From a virus: a stretch of 64,000 nt of DNA. The translations under genes and the position numbers were made by a program. This document shows, in pieces, positions 46,035 to 54,554 of this stretch. Position 1 is the stretch's first letter. The number at the start of each line of letters is the position of its first letter. The DNA lies in the IMG/VR virus record IMGVR_UViG_3300028042_000006, positions 6,818-70,817 of that record. One strand, given 5' to 3'. The notes beneath the pieces are model-generated. The model was not told the DNA's origin and searched no databases. It saw nothing but the letters and a program-made list of their open reading frames with translations.

Positions 46035-46689
46035 TCTTGCTCCTTTGCATTTTTTTGATCAAAATTTTATGGACACGCTCTCGATACAAACTAGGCGAGT
46101 AGTCTACAAAATCACTGGGATTTTTATAGTTCTTGTTGTAGTTCAATTCATCCAGCATTTTTGGTAAATTTACATTATCGGTTAGTAGAGTTTTTCCTTG
46201 ACCTAATACATTCGTAAAGAAGTCATATACACATACAATAGCTTTACTATTGCGAAACTTTGGACGAATGTAAACTTCTGTTCCGATAGCCAACGTGCCG
46301 AGTTCGACTGGCTGCACATCACCAGAACCAACGGGAGTATTGTTGATAAGGACTGTGCCATAGCCAACATACTCACCATCCATGTATCCGAGATAAACCT
46401 CTTCATCAGTTTTGTTATGATCAAATATCCATCGTGTCATATCTCTAACGTGTCTAATCTCAGGCCACAAAGATTCATCAAGGAGATCATCTTCTGTATA
46501 CCCTTCATCAAGGAGTGCACACATATAGATATGTTTAAAGTCTTTCATGGAGGGTCGTTCTATTACGAAGTCTTCAAACATGTAAAAAACATGTTTCTCA
46601 TGCTTGAGGAATCGATTGTAGTATTCACCATAAAACTCTTCATCGTCTATGGTGTCCCAGTAAGGAAATCCGGTTCGTTTATTGTCCAT
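46024..46689 (-). CDS. GNAT-like acetyltransferase fold protein
   Basis: VYLGYMDGEYVGYG...TEVYIRPKFRNSK resembles GNAT motif A. Confidence 0.5.
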   Translation of the reverse strand: MDNKRTGFPYWDTIDDEEFYGEYYNRFLKHEKHVFYMFEDFVIERPSMKDFKHIYMCALLDEGYTEDDLLDESLWPEIRHVRDMTRWIFDHNKTDEEVYLGYMDGEYVGYGTVLINNTPVGSGDVQPVELGTLAIGTEVYIRPKFRNSKAIVCVYDFFTNVLGQGKTLLTDNVNLPKMLDELNYNKNYKNPSDFVDYSPSLYRERVHKILIKKMQRSKNVK

Positions 46690-47233
46690 CTAAAATATTC
46701 TCCGTAAGGTCATATATAACATCTGTCATATATATTTTACCCTTACAGAGCATAATTCTTGATTTGCCTTTTTTCTCAATTCCGTAGATAACATAGTTTG
46801 CGTAACTCTTCCCGTTTTTGTGTTCAGAAAACGAGTGCAGCTTTGGATCAATTGGTATTGGAAACTTCACAATTGAGTCCGGTGCATCTTGCAAAACAGA
46901 ACCAGTTTGAAACAATGGATCATTTCCCGTGTCGTTGTTGTTTCCTGCAAGTGTTACAATCTCATAAGAACTGCAGACTGTTGAAGCTGGTTCTCCATTC
47001 ACGCTGAGATTGAACACCACAGATGGATCTTCCTCATGCTTGTCGATATAGATTGTAAATAGTGGAAGCATCTCTGCCTTCTCTTTTTCATAATACATTT
47101 CAATCTCGGTGTCTGTTAGCAAGTCTTTGACAATAAGATCTCTGAGCGAAACATCAACTGTATCACAAAGTCTATCAGGCTTAACAACCTTGTTTCCGTG
47201 ATCTTCTTTGCCACCTATTTTTGTTTTTCTCAT
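46679..47233 (-). CDS. hypothetical (structural module)
   Basis: 184-aa ORF overlapping neighbours. Confidence 0.7.
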   Translation of the reverse strand: MRKTKIGGKEDHGNKVVKPDRLCDTVDVSLRDLIVKDLLTDTEIEMYYEKEKAEMLPLFTIYIDKHEEDPSVVFNLSVNGEPASTVCSSYEIVTLAGNNNDTGNDPLFQTGSVLQDAPDSIVKFPIPIDPKLHSFSEHKNGKSYANYVIYGIEKKGKSRIMLCKGKIYMTDVIYDLTENILDGQ

Positions 47234-48012
47234 TTGGTTCTCCTGTTGATTCGTATTCTTTCCGTCAGTCTGTTAACGTGAAGGTGATATTCTATATCAC
47301 GCTTTGGACAGTCATCTAAGTCTGGTTGGTTCTTGTACATTTCATCAGTATATACGATGACAACCTTGGATCTCTGATATCCTATACCTACACCTGGATA
47401 TAAATTTGCCTTGGCATATACCGGGTCATAATCAGGAATTATTTCACAATCACAATCAATTTTTTTTGCAATAACTTCTGGAAGATTTTTTGCTAACGGT
47501 GGATTCCAACTTTGTCCATCTGGTCCAACAAGAGGTGGGTTCCAGCTTGGTCCATCTGGTCCAACATGTTTTGTGTCTCCAGCTTTGGTTGGCGACAAGA
47601 CAGCATTTTTGAAATTAGATATAGTAGACCATACATACGTACATCCTTTATCTGAACCTGCTCTCCATGTAATCCTACATTGTGGAATTGGATGAAAACA
47701 TTGTTTTGGTATTTTGGCACACGGTGGCTGACACGGTGGCTTTGGATTTGTAGTTACCCTTACTACAACTGGTGCAACAGTTGTAGGAGATACTGGTCCA
47801 TAGCCTCCTCCTTGTACAGGAACAACTCCTCCCCATCCAGTAGCTATTCCTCCACCCCATCGTCCACAAGCACTTCCGCCACCAGCAGGTATTGGGTTAC
47901 ATTTTTTTGCAATAGAGCACCATGCAGTTCCAGCAGGGCAGTTTCCTGGTCCATCATTCAGAACCAGTGTCTCATATATATCCACTGTAGAGTAATTTTG
48001 ATCATGCTTCAT
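47230..48012 (-). CDS. Cys/Pro/Gly-rich hypothetical protein
   Basis: CPAGTAWCSIAKKC; tandem VGPDG(P/Q)SWNPPL x2. Confidence 0.7.
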   Translation of the reverse strand: MKHDQNYSTVDIYETLVLNDGPGNCPAGTAWCSIAKKCNPIPAGGGSACGRWGGGIATGWGGVVPVQGGGYGPVSPTTVAPVVVRVTTNPKPPCQPPCAKIPKQCFHPIPQCRITWRAGSDKGCTYVWSTISNFKNAVLSPTKAGDTKHVGPDGPSWNPPLVGPDGQSWNPPLAKNLPEVIAKKIDCDCEIIPDYDPVYAKANLYPGVGIGYQRSKVVIVYTDEMYKNQPDLDDCPKRDIEYHLHVNRLTERIRINRRTK

Positions 48013-48020
48013 ATTAACTC

Positions 48021-48395
48021 CTACTCAAATCCGACTTGAAGATCACCATGCTTAATAAAAAAGTTCTTATGTTTGATGATATCAATCGGCATACTTAGTT
48101 CACCATGAAACAACATGTGACCACCATGTTCTGCATCAAACAATCCAAGGTGAGTAACCGTCAACCACTTATCTGTAGCTTTATGATATACGATGTCTTT
48201 ACTACTCTTCATTAAACCATCAATAGGCGAATCAAACTCAGCCAGTTCTCTTCTGTATCCTTTACCAGCTAGTTCAAATGAATTAGCTGGGTCTGCAGGG
48301 TTATCATAGAACAACGCAGCATACACTGGTTTTTTGTTGTTCCTAAAAAAGTCGTTACACAACTTGGTTTCAAGGTAATTGCTTATAAGTGCCAT
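48021..48395 (-). CDS. conserved phage tail-associated protein
   Basis: SNYLE...VYAALF..NP...GY.R...ATDKWLTVTHLGLFDA..GG pattern common in phage tail modules. Confidence 0.75.
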   Translation of the reverse strand: MALISNYLETKLCNDFFRNNKKPVYAALFYDNPADPANSFELAGKGYRRELAEFDSPIDGLMKSSKDIVYHKATDKWLTVTHLGLFDAEHGGHMLFHGELSMPIDIIKHKNFFIKHGDLQVGFE

Positions 48396-48404
48396 GTTAT
48401 CTCC

Positions 48405-49622
48405 TTAACAGAATGTTGCTTTTCTAAGAGCAGTAAATGTACCATCTAGGTGCGGTTTCGTAAAGAAGTCTGGAATATATCCACCACTATCTTTTTCACT
48501 AAAGTCAGCAGCCTCAAAGACCATTGCGTAACCTTGCATCTGTGTTTCAAATAGCTTCTGTCTAGCGTTATCTCTAAACCCTTGCATCTGTACGGCATAT
48601 AGGTTTGCTTGAGCAGAAGAAATTTTCTCTTGATTCTTACAGTCACATTTCATTTTAGCAATCTGATTATTGTTCATGTGAATCTTGTTGTTGTTGAGTG
48701 CAGTTTCATTTTTTGCATCTATAGAGATCTTCTGAGACTGTGATTTTTCAAGTGCAATTTTACTGTTTGCAGTTCTGACTGCCACACTATTGTCAACAGA
48801 CATCTTAACGATTTGAGATTTATCAACATCAATTTTGCTATCCGTAGACTTACGACTAACTTCATTCTGCACACCCATTTGGATGATTTGATGATCTTCA
48901 ACTTTGATTTTACTATTGCTTGTCTTGCGACTAACATCGTTTTGTACACCCATTTGAATAATCTGGTTATCTTCAACTTTGATCTTAGAGTTTGTTCCAC
49001 GAACAGATACATCATCTTGAACTTGCATTTGAACAATCTGCGCTTTATCAACATCAAGCTTACTATTAGTTGTAGCCGTCTGGTTCTTACACTCACACTT
49101 CATCTTCAGTATAGATTCTTTGATCTGTTCAATCTCTTGCTCTGATTGTTTGATCTGCTGGAAGATTTGCTTATCTTGAGTTTCAATATGTACAATCTGT
49201 GCTTCGTTAACTTGAATATCAGAATGAGTCTTCAGCGTTTCAAGTGAAAGCTTTGCTCTTTGTACATAATTCTCTAATGCAAACTGATCTTTTTCCAGCT
49301 TCATTTTATGTTTTTGATATTCAACCTGCGCATCAACTAGCTTGATATCAATTTGCATCTTTGCAGACTGTAGACCAAATTGTGCAGCTTGTGCCATAGA
49401 GCCTTCGAGAGCTTTAGCATAAACCTCTCCAGCTGCACCCTCCGTAAGCTCACCCTTAGTCTTTGAGTCATCAATGTGGAGTCTTGCTAGTTTAAGAAAA
49501 GAACCAAGATGACCACCATCTGCAAGTGTCTGGGCACCAACAACGTCTTTAAATTCTACTTTATGACACTTATCGTAGCAGGTATCTTCTTCTTCGATAT
49601 CGTCTATTGGTTTATCTGACAT
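48405..49622 (-). CDS. virion protein (N4 gp54-like) with 25-aa repeats
   Basis: GEVYAKALEGSMAQAAQF and QGFRDNARQK patterns; GAAGGAG SD before MSDKP. Confidence 0.7.
   Translation of the reverse strand: MSDKPIDDIEEEDTCYDKCHKVEFKDVVGAQTLADGGHLGSFLKLARLHIDDSKTKGELTEGAAGEVYAKALEGSMAQAAQFGLQSAKMQIDIKLVDAQVEYQKHKMKLEKDQFALENYVQRAKLSLETLKTHSDIQVNEAQIVHIETQDKQIFQQIKQSEQEIEQIKESILKMKCECKNQTATTNSKLDVDKAQIVQMQVQDDVSVRGTNSKIKVEDNQIIQMGVQNDVSRKTSNSKIKVEDHQIIQMGVQNEVSRKSTDSKIDVDKSQIVKMSVDNSVAVRTANSKIALEKSQSQKISIDAKNETALNNNKIHMNNNQIAKMKCDCKNQEKISSAQANLYAVQMQGFRDNARQKLFETQMQGYAMVFEAADFSEKDSGGYIPDFFTKPHLDGTFTALRKATFC
48640..49064 (-). repeat. ~6 degenerate 25-aa (75-bp) coding repeats SKIxVxxxQIxQMxVxNxVxxxTxN
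   Basis: Visible in translation. Confidence 0.85.
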
Positions 49623-49645
49623 ATACAAATCTCCTTCAAAATATA

Positions 49646-49673
49646 AGAGAACCAATCCCGAAGGATTGACTCT
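49646..49673 (-). terminator. UUCG-capped hairpin after the gp55-like gene
   Basis: Minus strand AGAGTCAATCC-TTCG-GGATTGGTTCTCT followed by a T-rich run. Confidence 0.65.
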
Positions 49674-49684
49674 ATATACCTTGT

Positions 49685-49693
49685 ATTATATCA
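49685..49693 (-). promoter_or_regulatory. extended -10 promoter TGATATAAT
   Basis: The same 9-mer occurs at 53845 and 57629, each upstream of a late gene. Confidence 0.6.
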
Positions 49694-49699
49694 GATATT

Positions 49700-50341
49700 T
49701 TAGATCAATGATTCGATAGATGAATCACGGATTAGCTGACGTTTTGCAATCGTTTCTCTCTCGTCTGCTGTAAGTGGTGCCAATACTTGAATAATATACT
49801 TTGGAACAGTCTCATGACGAATAGCGTTACCCTCTTCATCTTGAATTGATCTTGCGACCATCATTCCCTGTAGGTTGTTCAATGCACCTTGTCTTACGTG
49901 CCAAGGAGATCCACATACAAATCTATCTGTATAGTGTCCACCAAGTCTACTTCCCCATGTCGAGTAGTGTACTTGAGTTGGGATAGTTGTCTGGTTCTTA
50001 TCATTTTCGGTAATTAGAACTCTTCTCAGTGGCATCATTGTGTCTCTGTGAATCTGTCTAAGTTGTGCTCTTGTTGGCTTCTTTGCCGCAGCAGCTTTGA
50101 TTTTTTCTTCCATAGTTTCTGGAGAAATATCTAACCACTCATCAAGATCTTCTTCGTCTACTTCACTAAGTCCCTCAACATCGATGCTGGACTCTTCCAT
50201 CAAATCACCAGCTTCCTGGATAGCTTTGTATATTTCAGCCTTAGTTGGCTTGCTGACGTTCTTCGAATCAACGTCTATATTGTTTCTCTCACAGTAAGCG
50301 ATAAGTTCTTTGTTGGTCATTTTAAGTAGTTCTTCGTTCAT
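49700..50341 (-). CDS. N4 gp55-like virion protein
   Basis: LRRVLIT...PWHV...YIIQVLAPLT.DE pattern; directly downstream of the capsid gene. Confidence 0.7.
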   Translation of the reverse strand: MNEELLKMTNKELIAYCERNNIDVDSKNVSKPTKAEIYKAIQEAGDLMEESSIDVEGLSEVDEEDLDEWLDISPETMEEKIKAAAAKKPTRAQLRQIHRDTMMPLRRVLITENDKNQTTIPTQVHYSTWGSRLGGHYTDRFVCGSPWHVRQGALNNLQGMMVARSIQDEEGNAIRHETVPKYIIQVLAPLTADERETIAKRQLIRDSSIESLI

Positions 50342-50410
50342 AATTTTTCCTTTGTGTCGGGTTTGTTTCTACCATAATTGGTTTGTTATCAAATTGCCGC
50401 TAGGGGTAAA

Positions 50411-50490
50411 TAGAACCAGAGAGTCTGGTTCTAAGATCGTGATTGTAGTGTCAACCTTGTGTTTGTCAACGACACGAATGTCGTTGACAA
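50411..50490 (-). terminator. two perfect hairpins downstream of the capsid gene
   Basis: TAGAACCAGA-GAG-TCTGGTTCTA (50411-50433) and a 12-bp stem with TTCG loop on the minus strand (50463-50490). Confidence 0.6.
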
Positions 50491-50496
50491 GATTGC

Positions 50497-51963
50497 TTAG
50501 GCAACTTTCATTGAACAAGCAATTTGTCTGATCCACTCTGGGTGAAGATACATCATACCAAAGTACCAAGAGATAGAAACTGCACCCTTCTTACCGTATA
50601 CATCATTCCATGCATCAGCTTTAGGCATAATAGTTGTTACTCTCGCAACATCACCTTCGAAACCAACAGTTGCGAATGATCCAGATCCGATGAATAGGAT
50701 TGGGAATACATCAACTTTACCGTTAGTAGTGTATACATCTGTAGATGTAGACGCTTTACCTTGACCTGCGTAAGCTGGCATTTCTTCAACTTCGATAAAT
50801 CTGAATGGCCCGATACGTCCGATTTCATCCATTGCAATTGTTCCTGCAGCAGCGTAATCTTCAACAGCTGTCCAAACATTTTTACCTTTGTGCTCCATAT
50901 CTTCAAGAGTAGGAAGTGCTTCCATACCAACATAAACATATCTTGCTTTACCAACTGTAGCTGTACCATACTTAGTAGAACCATCAATTAGTTTAGTTGA
51001 CTTAGGACATCTAGCATCTTTAAGATCTTTGTCCATCATTCTCAAGTCTTTAAACGTAAGCTGAGAAGCTGCTGTATCATCGATATCAGCGATTGTAGCT
51101 GCACCACCTGCAAGTACTCTGTTTTGCTCTGATTGACCAATTAGTGCATTACGGATCTGTGCTTCACGTACATCACCTTGTGCTTCACCAATGTTCTTAG
51201 AGTATCTAGCCAATAGACCTTTTTCAGTATCCATTTCTAATGAACGCTTAGTGAATGACATATAGAAACCAAACTCAGCAACTTTTGCTTCGATTACAAG
51301 TCTCTTCATACCAACTCTGTTAACCATTCCACCCTCTTCAGTAAGAACTGGGAAAGAACCATTTTGAACAGCGATATCTTTAGAACCACCGAACAAATTA
51401 CCATCACCAGTTTTGATCTGACCAACAGTACCAGGAGTTGCATTAACCACACCATTTGCACCAGCAGCAGTAACAGCAGCAGCTTTAGTAGCATAAGGGT
51501 TAGCAGGAGCCGGAGTTCCGTTAGCTAAAAATGCATCATAAGTGATTTTTGTATCAACAGCAGCTTGAGCTAAAGCTTGAGTTGTAAACGCTTGGTTTGC
51601 ACCTGTACCGTTTAGTTTATCAACAGTAGCACCAGTTACAATTCTTGTGATTCCGTCACCTTCAAATGCGTACCAGTAAGTAGCACCAGTCTTAGGATCT
51701 CTACCATTCATTGTAAGACCACCAGCATCGATACCTTGATCGTTGATGTTTCTCTTATCAAGAATTGGAAGTTCGTGATACTTAACAATAGTATCTCCGT
51801 AGTGCTTCGGTTGAGTTAGTCTGTCACCTAGTTGAGAAAATGTCTTAATTTTCTTTGCTTCGATTACAGCCGCTCTCGACCAAAATTTATCATTAATCTG
51901 TCTACCGATTGTAGAGTTGTCTGGTGATACTGGATAACCACCTTTATTAAACTTCATTGCCAT
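50497..51963 (-). CDS. major capsid protein (N4 gp56 family)
   Basis: PKHYGDTI..Y..LPILDKRNINDQGIDA, GNLFGGSKDI, PVLTEEGGMVNRVG, DYAAAGTI..EIG, DVYGKKG..SISWYFG closely follow the N4 MCP. Confidence 0.95.
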   Translation of the reverse strand: MAMKFNKGGYPVSPDNSTIGRQINDKFWSRAAVIEAKKIKTFSQLGDRLTQPKHYGDTIVKYHELPILDKRNINDQGIDAGGLTMNGRDPKTGATYWYAFEGDGITRIVTGATVDKLNGTGANQAFTTQALAQAAVDTKITYDAFLANGTPAPANPYATKAAAVTAAGANGVVNATPGTVGQIKTGDGNLFGGSKDIAVQNGSFPVLTEEGGMVNRVGMKRLVIEAKVAEFGFYMSFTKRSLEMDTEKGLLARYSKNIGEAQGDVREAQIRNALIGQSEQNRVLAGGAATIADIDDTAASQLTFKDLRMMDKDLKDARCPKSTKLIDGSTKYGTATVGKARYVYVGMEALPTLEDMEHKGKNVWTAVEDYAAAGTIAMDEIGRIGPFRFIEVEEMPAYAGQGKASTSTDVYTTNGKVDVFPILFIGSGSFATVGFEGDVARVTTIMPKADAWNDVYGKKGAVSISWYFGMMYLHPEWIRQIACSMKVA

Positions 51964-51987
51964 AATAGCTTCCTTGTTTGTTTGTTA

Positions 51988-53346
51988 TCAGTTATAAATC
52001 ATACTGTCTAAATAGGCAGAAAATTCATCGTCTGATAGTTTAGCCGGATCAAAATCGTTAGATTTCTTTTGAGATCTCGGTTTCTTTTTGCTGACTGATG
52101 CAGCTCTTTTACGACCTGCATCAGCTTCAGCATTACGCTTGTTGACTTTTTGGCTATATGCTTTTTCCTGCTTGATTCTTTCAATTTCAGCTTGAATTTC
52201 TTCTTCAGAGAACTGAGCCTCTTCGCTTCCGTATCCATTGTCTGGCAGTTGTTCTTGAGTTGCTTCTGGTTGTTGTACTCCCTGCGCTTGCTGTTGTTGC
52301 AAGAACTGTTTATACTCCAACTCAAGCTCGTGTGCTGCTGAACGATATTGTTCGATAGCCTTCATAGAACCATAGGTTCCATCAGAATCGACCATACGCT
52401 TCTGAGCAATACGCTCTTGAACCATGTCATATACACCCGTACTCAAGTGCTTTACTAAATCCGCAGAGTTCTTTGGATCTTCTAGCAACTCGATTACACT
52501 TTCGTCATCCCAGTCTGCACTAATTACTTTTTCAACCTGCTCTTTAACACCATGTTGGGTTGCAGAGTCGATCACATCGCCATACGCCATTTCCATATCA
52601 GTTGGAAGTACGCTTTTTGATTTGTAATCAATGTTCTCCATGTCTAATTCGACAGGATCAATTTCGGCATTTAAAATAAGTTTTTTAATCGCTTCTTTGT
52701 CACCTTCCATAGCATTGACCATGAGATTGAACTTCTCTGGGTTATCCAGGAAACCTTTCTCTTCCAGTGTGCTTGTAAATGGACGGTACTTTTTGAAAGC
52801 TTTCATCTTATCATCAAAACCAACAGCTTTTTGTAATGCCTGAACGATCTTCTTAGGATCACTCGGTGCTCGCATGGTTTTTCCACCTGCTACAAATTCA
52901 CCAGTTGTTTGATTGAAAAAATCTTCAAACTTTTCCTTCTCAGCCATTGCCTCTTCGTAAGCTTTCTTGTAATCAATCTTTTCTTCAGTCGTCATGGCAT
53001 CAGGATCTTTGATGTCAGCGGATTCCTCTTCTTCTGGCTCAGAACCAGCTTCTACAGAATCGTCTTCATTACTCTCGGATGAATTATTGTCATCACCCTC
53101 TTCTTCCGCATGAGTGTTTTCCTCATCCCGATCATCATCATTCTCTTCTGGATTGCTATCAGTATCATCAAAAAAATCGTCATTTTCTTGGTTCGTGTCT
53201 GTTGCTTCTTCTTCAGAGTCAGTGTCAGTTTCGGTCTGATCAGTGTCCTCAAAGTTGGCAGTCTCAACTGCATCAACATCATCTATATTATCTAGTAGGT
53301 CTTCAAACTCTTCATCGCTTAGTTTATCGTAATCTACGTCAGCCAT
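51988..53346 (-). CDS. N4 gp57-like acidic protein (scaffold; often annotated tape measure)
   Basis: Very acidic N-terminus; AGGKTM...IVQALQKAVGFDDKM...G.KEAIKKL; C-terminal LSDDEF. Confidence 0.8.
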   Translation of the reverse strand: MADVDYDKLSDEEFEDLLDNIDDVDAVETANFEDTDQTETDTDSEEEATDTNQENDDFFDDTDSNPEENDDDRDEENTHAEEEGDDNNSSESNEDDSVEAGSEPEEEESADIKDPDAMTTEEKIDYKKAYEEAMAEKEKFEDFFNQTTGEFVAGGKTMRAPSDPKKIVQALQKAVGFDDKMKAFKKYRPFTSTLEEKGFLDNPEKFNLMVNAMEGDKEAIKKLILNAEIDPVELDMENIDYKSKSVLPTDMEMAYGDVIDSATQHGVKEQVEKVISADWDDESVIELLEDPKNSADLVKHLSTGVYDMVQERIAQKRMVDSDGTYGSMKAIEQYRSAAHELELEYKQFLQQQQAQGVQQPEATQEQLPDNGYGSEEAQFSEEEIQAEIERIKQEKAYSQKVNKRNAEADAGRKRAASVSKKKPRSQKKSNDFDPAKLSDDEFSAYLDSMIYN

Positions 53347-53349
53347 CGA

Positions 53350-53751
53350 TTACTCCTTAGATGCATCAGCATCATCGTACAGTTCACTAGGATTATCTGC
53401 AAAGTATTTTGTTACTTGCTTTCTGTAAGCCTCTTCTTCTGCGATTTGATCCGGAGCCATTTCAGCGTTTTGTCCCAATACACCAAAGTACTGTTTCAAG
53501 TTTCTGATTGAATTAAGTTTGTCATGGATATTTTCCATCACATCTCTTTTCAGTGTGCTTGGTTCTACTAATACTTCAAACAATCTCTTGGCTTCGTCAC
53601 CGAGATATCCGTCAAGGATAATCGTTTGGAAATCTTCGTTCTCTTCAAGTCTTCGCACTGCTTCTGCTTTTTCGATATTAAGCTTAAGTGCCTCTAGTCT
53701 ATCATCTACCTGGTTAAGTTGTTTCGTTAGGTTTGAAGTTTGTACTTCCAT
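53350..53751 (-). CDS. N4 gp58-like protein
   Basis: RLEENEDFQTIILDGYLGDEAKRL; AAGGA SD before MEVQ. Confidence 0.75.
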   Translation of the reverse strand: MEVQTSNLTKQLNQVDDRLEALKLNIEKAEAVRRLEENEDFQTIILDGYLGDEAKRLFEVLVEPSTLKRDVMENIHDKLNSIRNLKQYFGVLGQNAEMAPDQIAEEEAYRKQVTKYFADNPSELYDDADASKE

Positions 53752-53844
53752 TGCCCATCCTTGTAATGTGTGGATACCTCTCGGCATTGCCTTTAATGTT
53801 GAATACAGCTTTTTAAGCCATCAGTTTCTACTGGGCTATTCACA

Positions 53845-53853
53845 ATTATATCA
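53845..53853 (-). promoter_or_regulatory. extended -10 promoter TGATATAAT (capsid operon)
   Basis: TGnTATAAT in an AT-rich intergenic region. Confidence 0.65.
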
Positions 53854-53874
53854 TAAATTTAATTTATGTATTTC

Positions 53875-54552
53875 TTATCCTTGCTGTGGAGGATTAAGTA
53901 GCTGGTGAAGCTGTTGCATTCTTTGATCAGTTTCAGCCATAATATTCTTAGATTGCTCTGTGACTGGAGAGTTCATTCTTTCTACAGCAGAACCAGGCAA
54001 CATCTGCTTCATTGGACGATTGCCTCCTGCTTCTTGACCAGAAATTTCTTTACGTTTTTGAAGAAATCTCTTTGCAGCTTCAGCCTTCACTTGTGGTGGA
54101 AGAGGTAATTGATCAAGTGTTGCATTGATTTGTTCATCACCAGCACCCTGCATTGACGCTTCAAGCAATTTAGTTGAGATGTCTTCAGCTTGTGTCTCGG
54201 CAGCAGCGTTTGCATTTTCAGCTTGCATTCCTAGACCATTTTGAGCTTCTTTTCTTGCATTGATAGCATTGTTTTCTGCTTCTGCCATTGCTGCAAATTC
54301 ACCCGGTATAAAACCTCTCTGTGCAAACATACGTGTAGCGTCAAGCTTTCCTGCTCGTGATCCCTCAGCAATACCGATAGCCTTGGCTTCAGAGATTTGA
54401 TCTATAAAGTCTTGCTCTTCTCTAAGCTTTGCTTCTCTGCCTTCGAGAATTTCATTCGCTTTGATTTCAGCCATACTATTAGCTTCTGATTCCAGTTGTG
54501 CTCTTTCTCCAGCTTGTGCTTGAGATAATCTTCTATATGTAGGTGTACTCAT
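53875..54552 (-). CDS. hypothetical helical protein between portal and gp58-like gene
   Basis: 225 aa, Ala/Gln/Glu-rich, Cys-free, GGA SD. Confidence 0.75.
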   Translation of the reverse strand: MSTPTYRRLSQAQAGERAQLESEANSMAEIKANEILEGREAKLREEQDFIDQISEAKAIGIAEGSRAGKLDATRMFAQRGFIPGEFAAMAEAENNAINARKEAQNGLGMQAENANAAAETQAEDISTKLLEASMQGAGDEQINATLDQLPLPPQVKAEAAKRFLQKRKEISGQEAGGNRPMKQMLPGSAVERMNSPVTEQSKNIMAETDQRMQQLHQLLNPPQQG

Positions 54553-54554
54553 AA

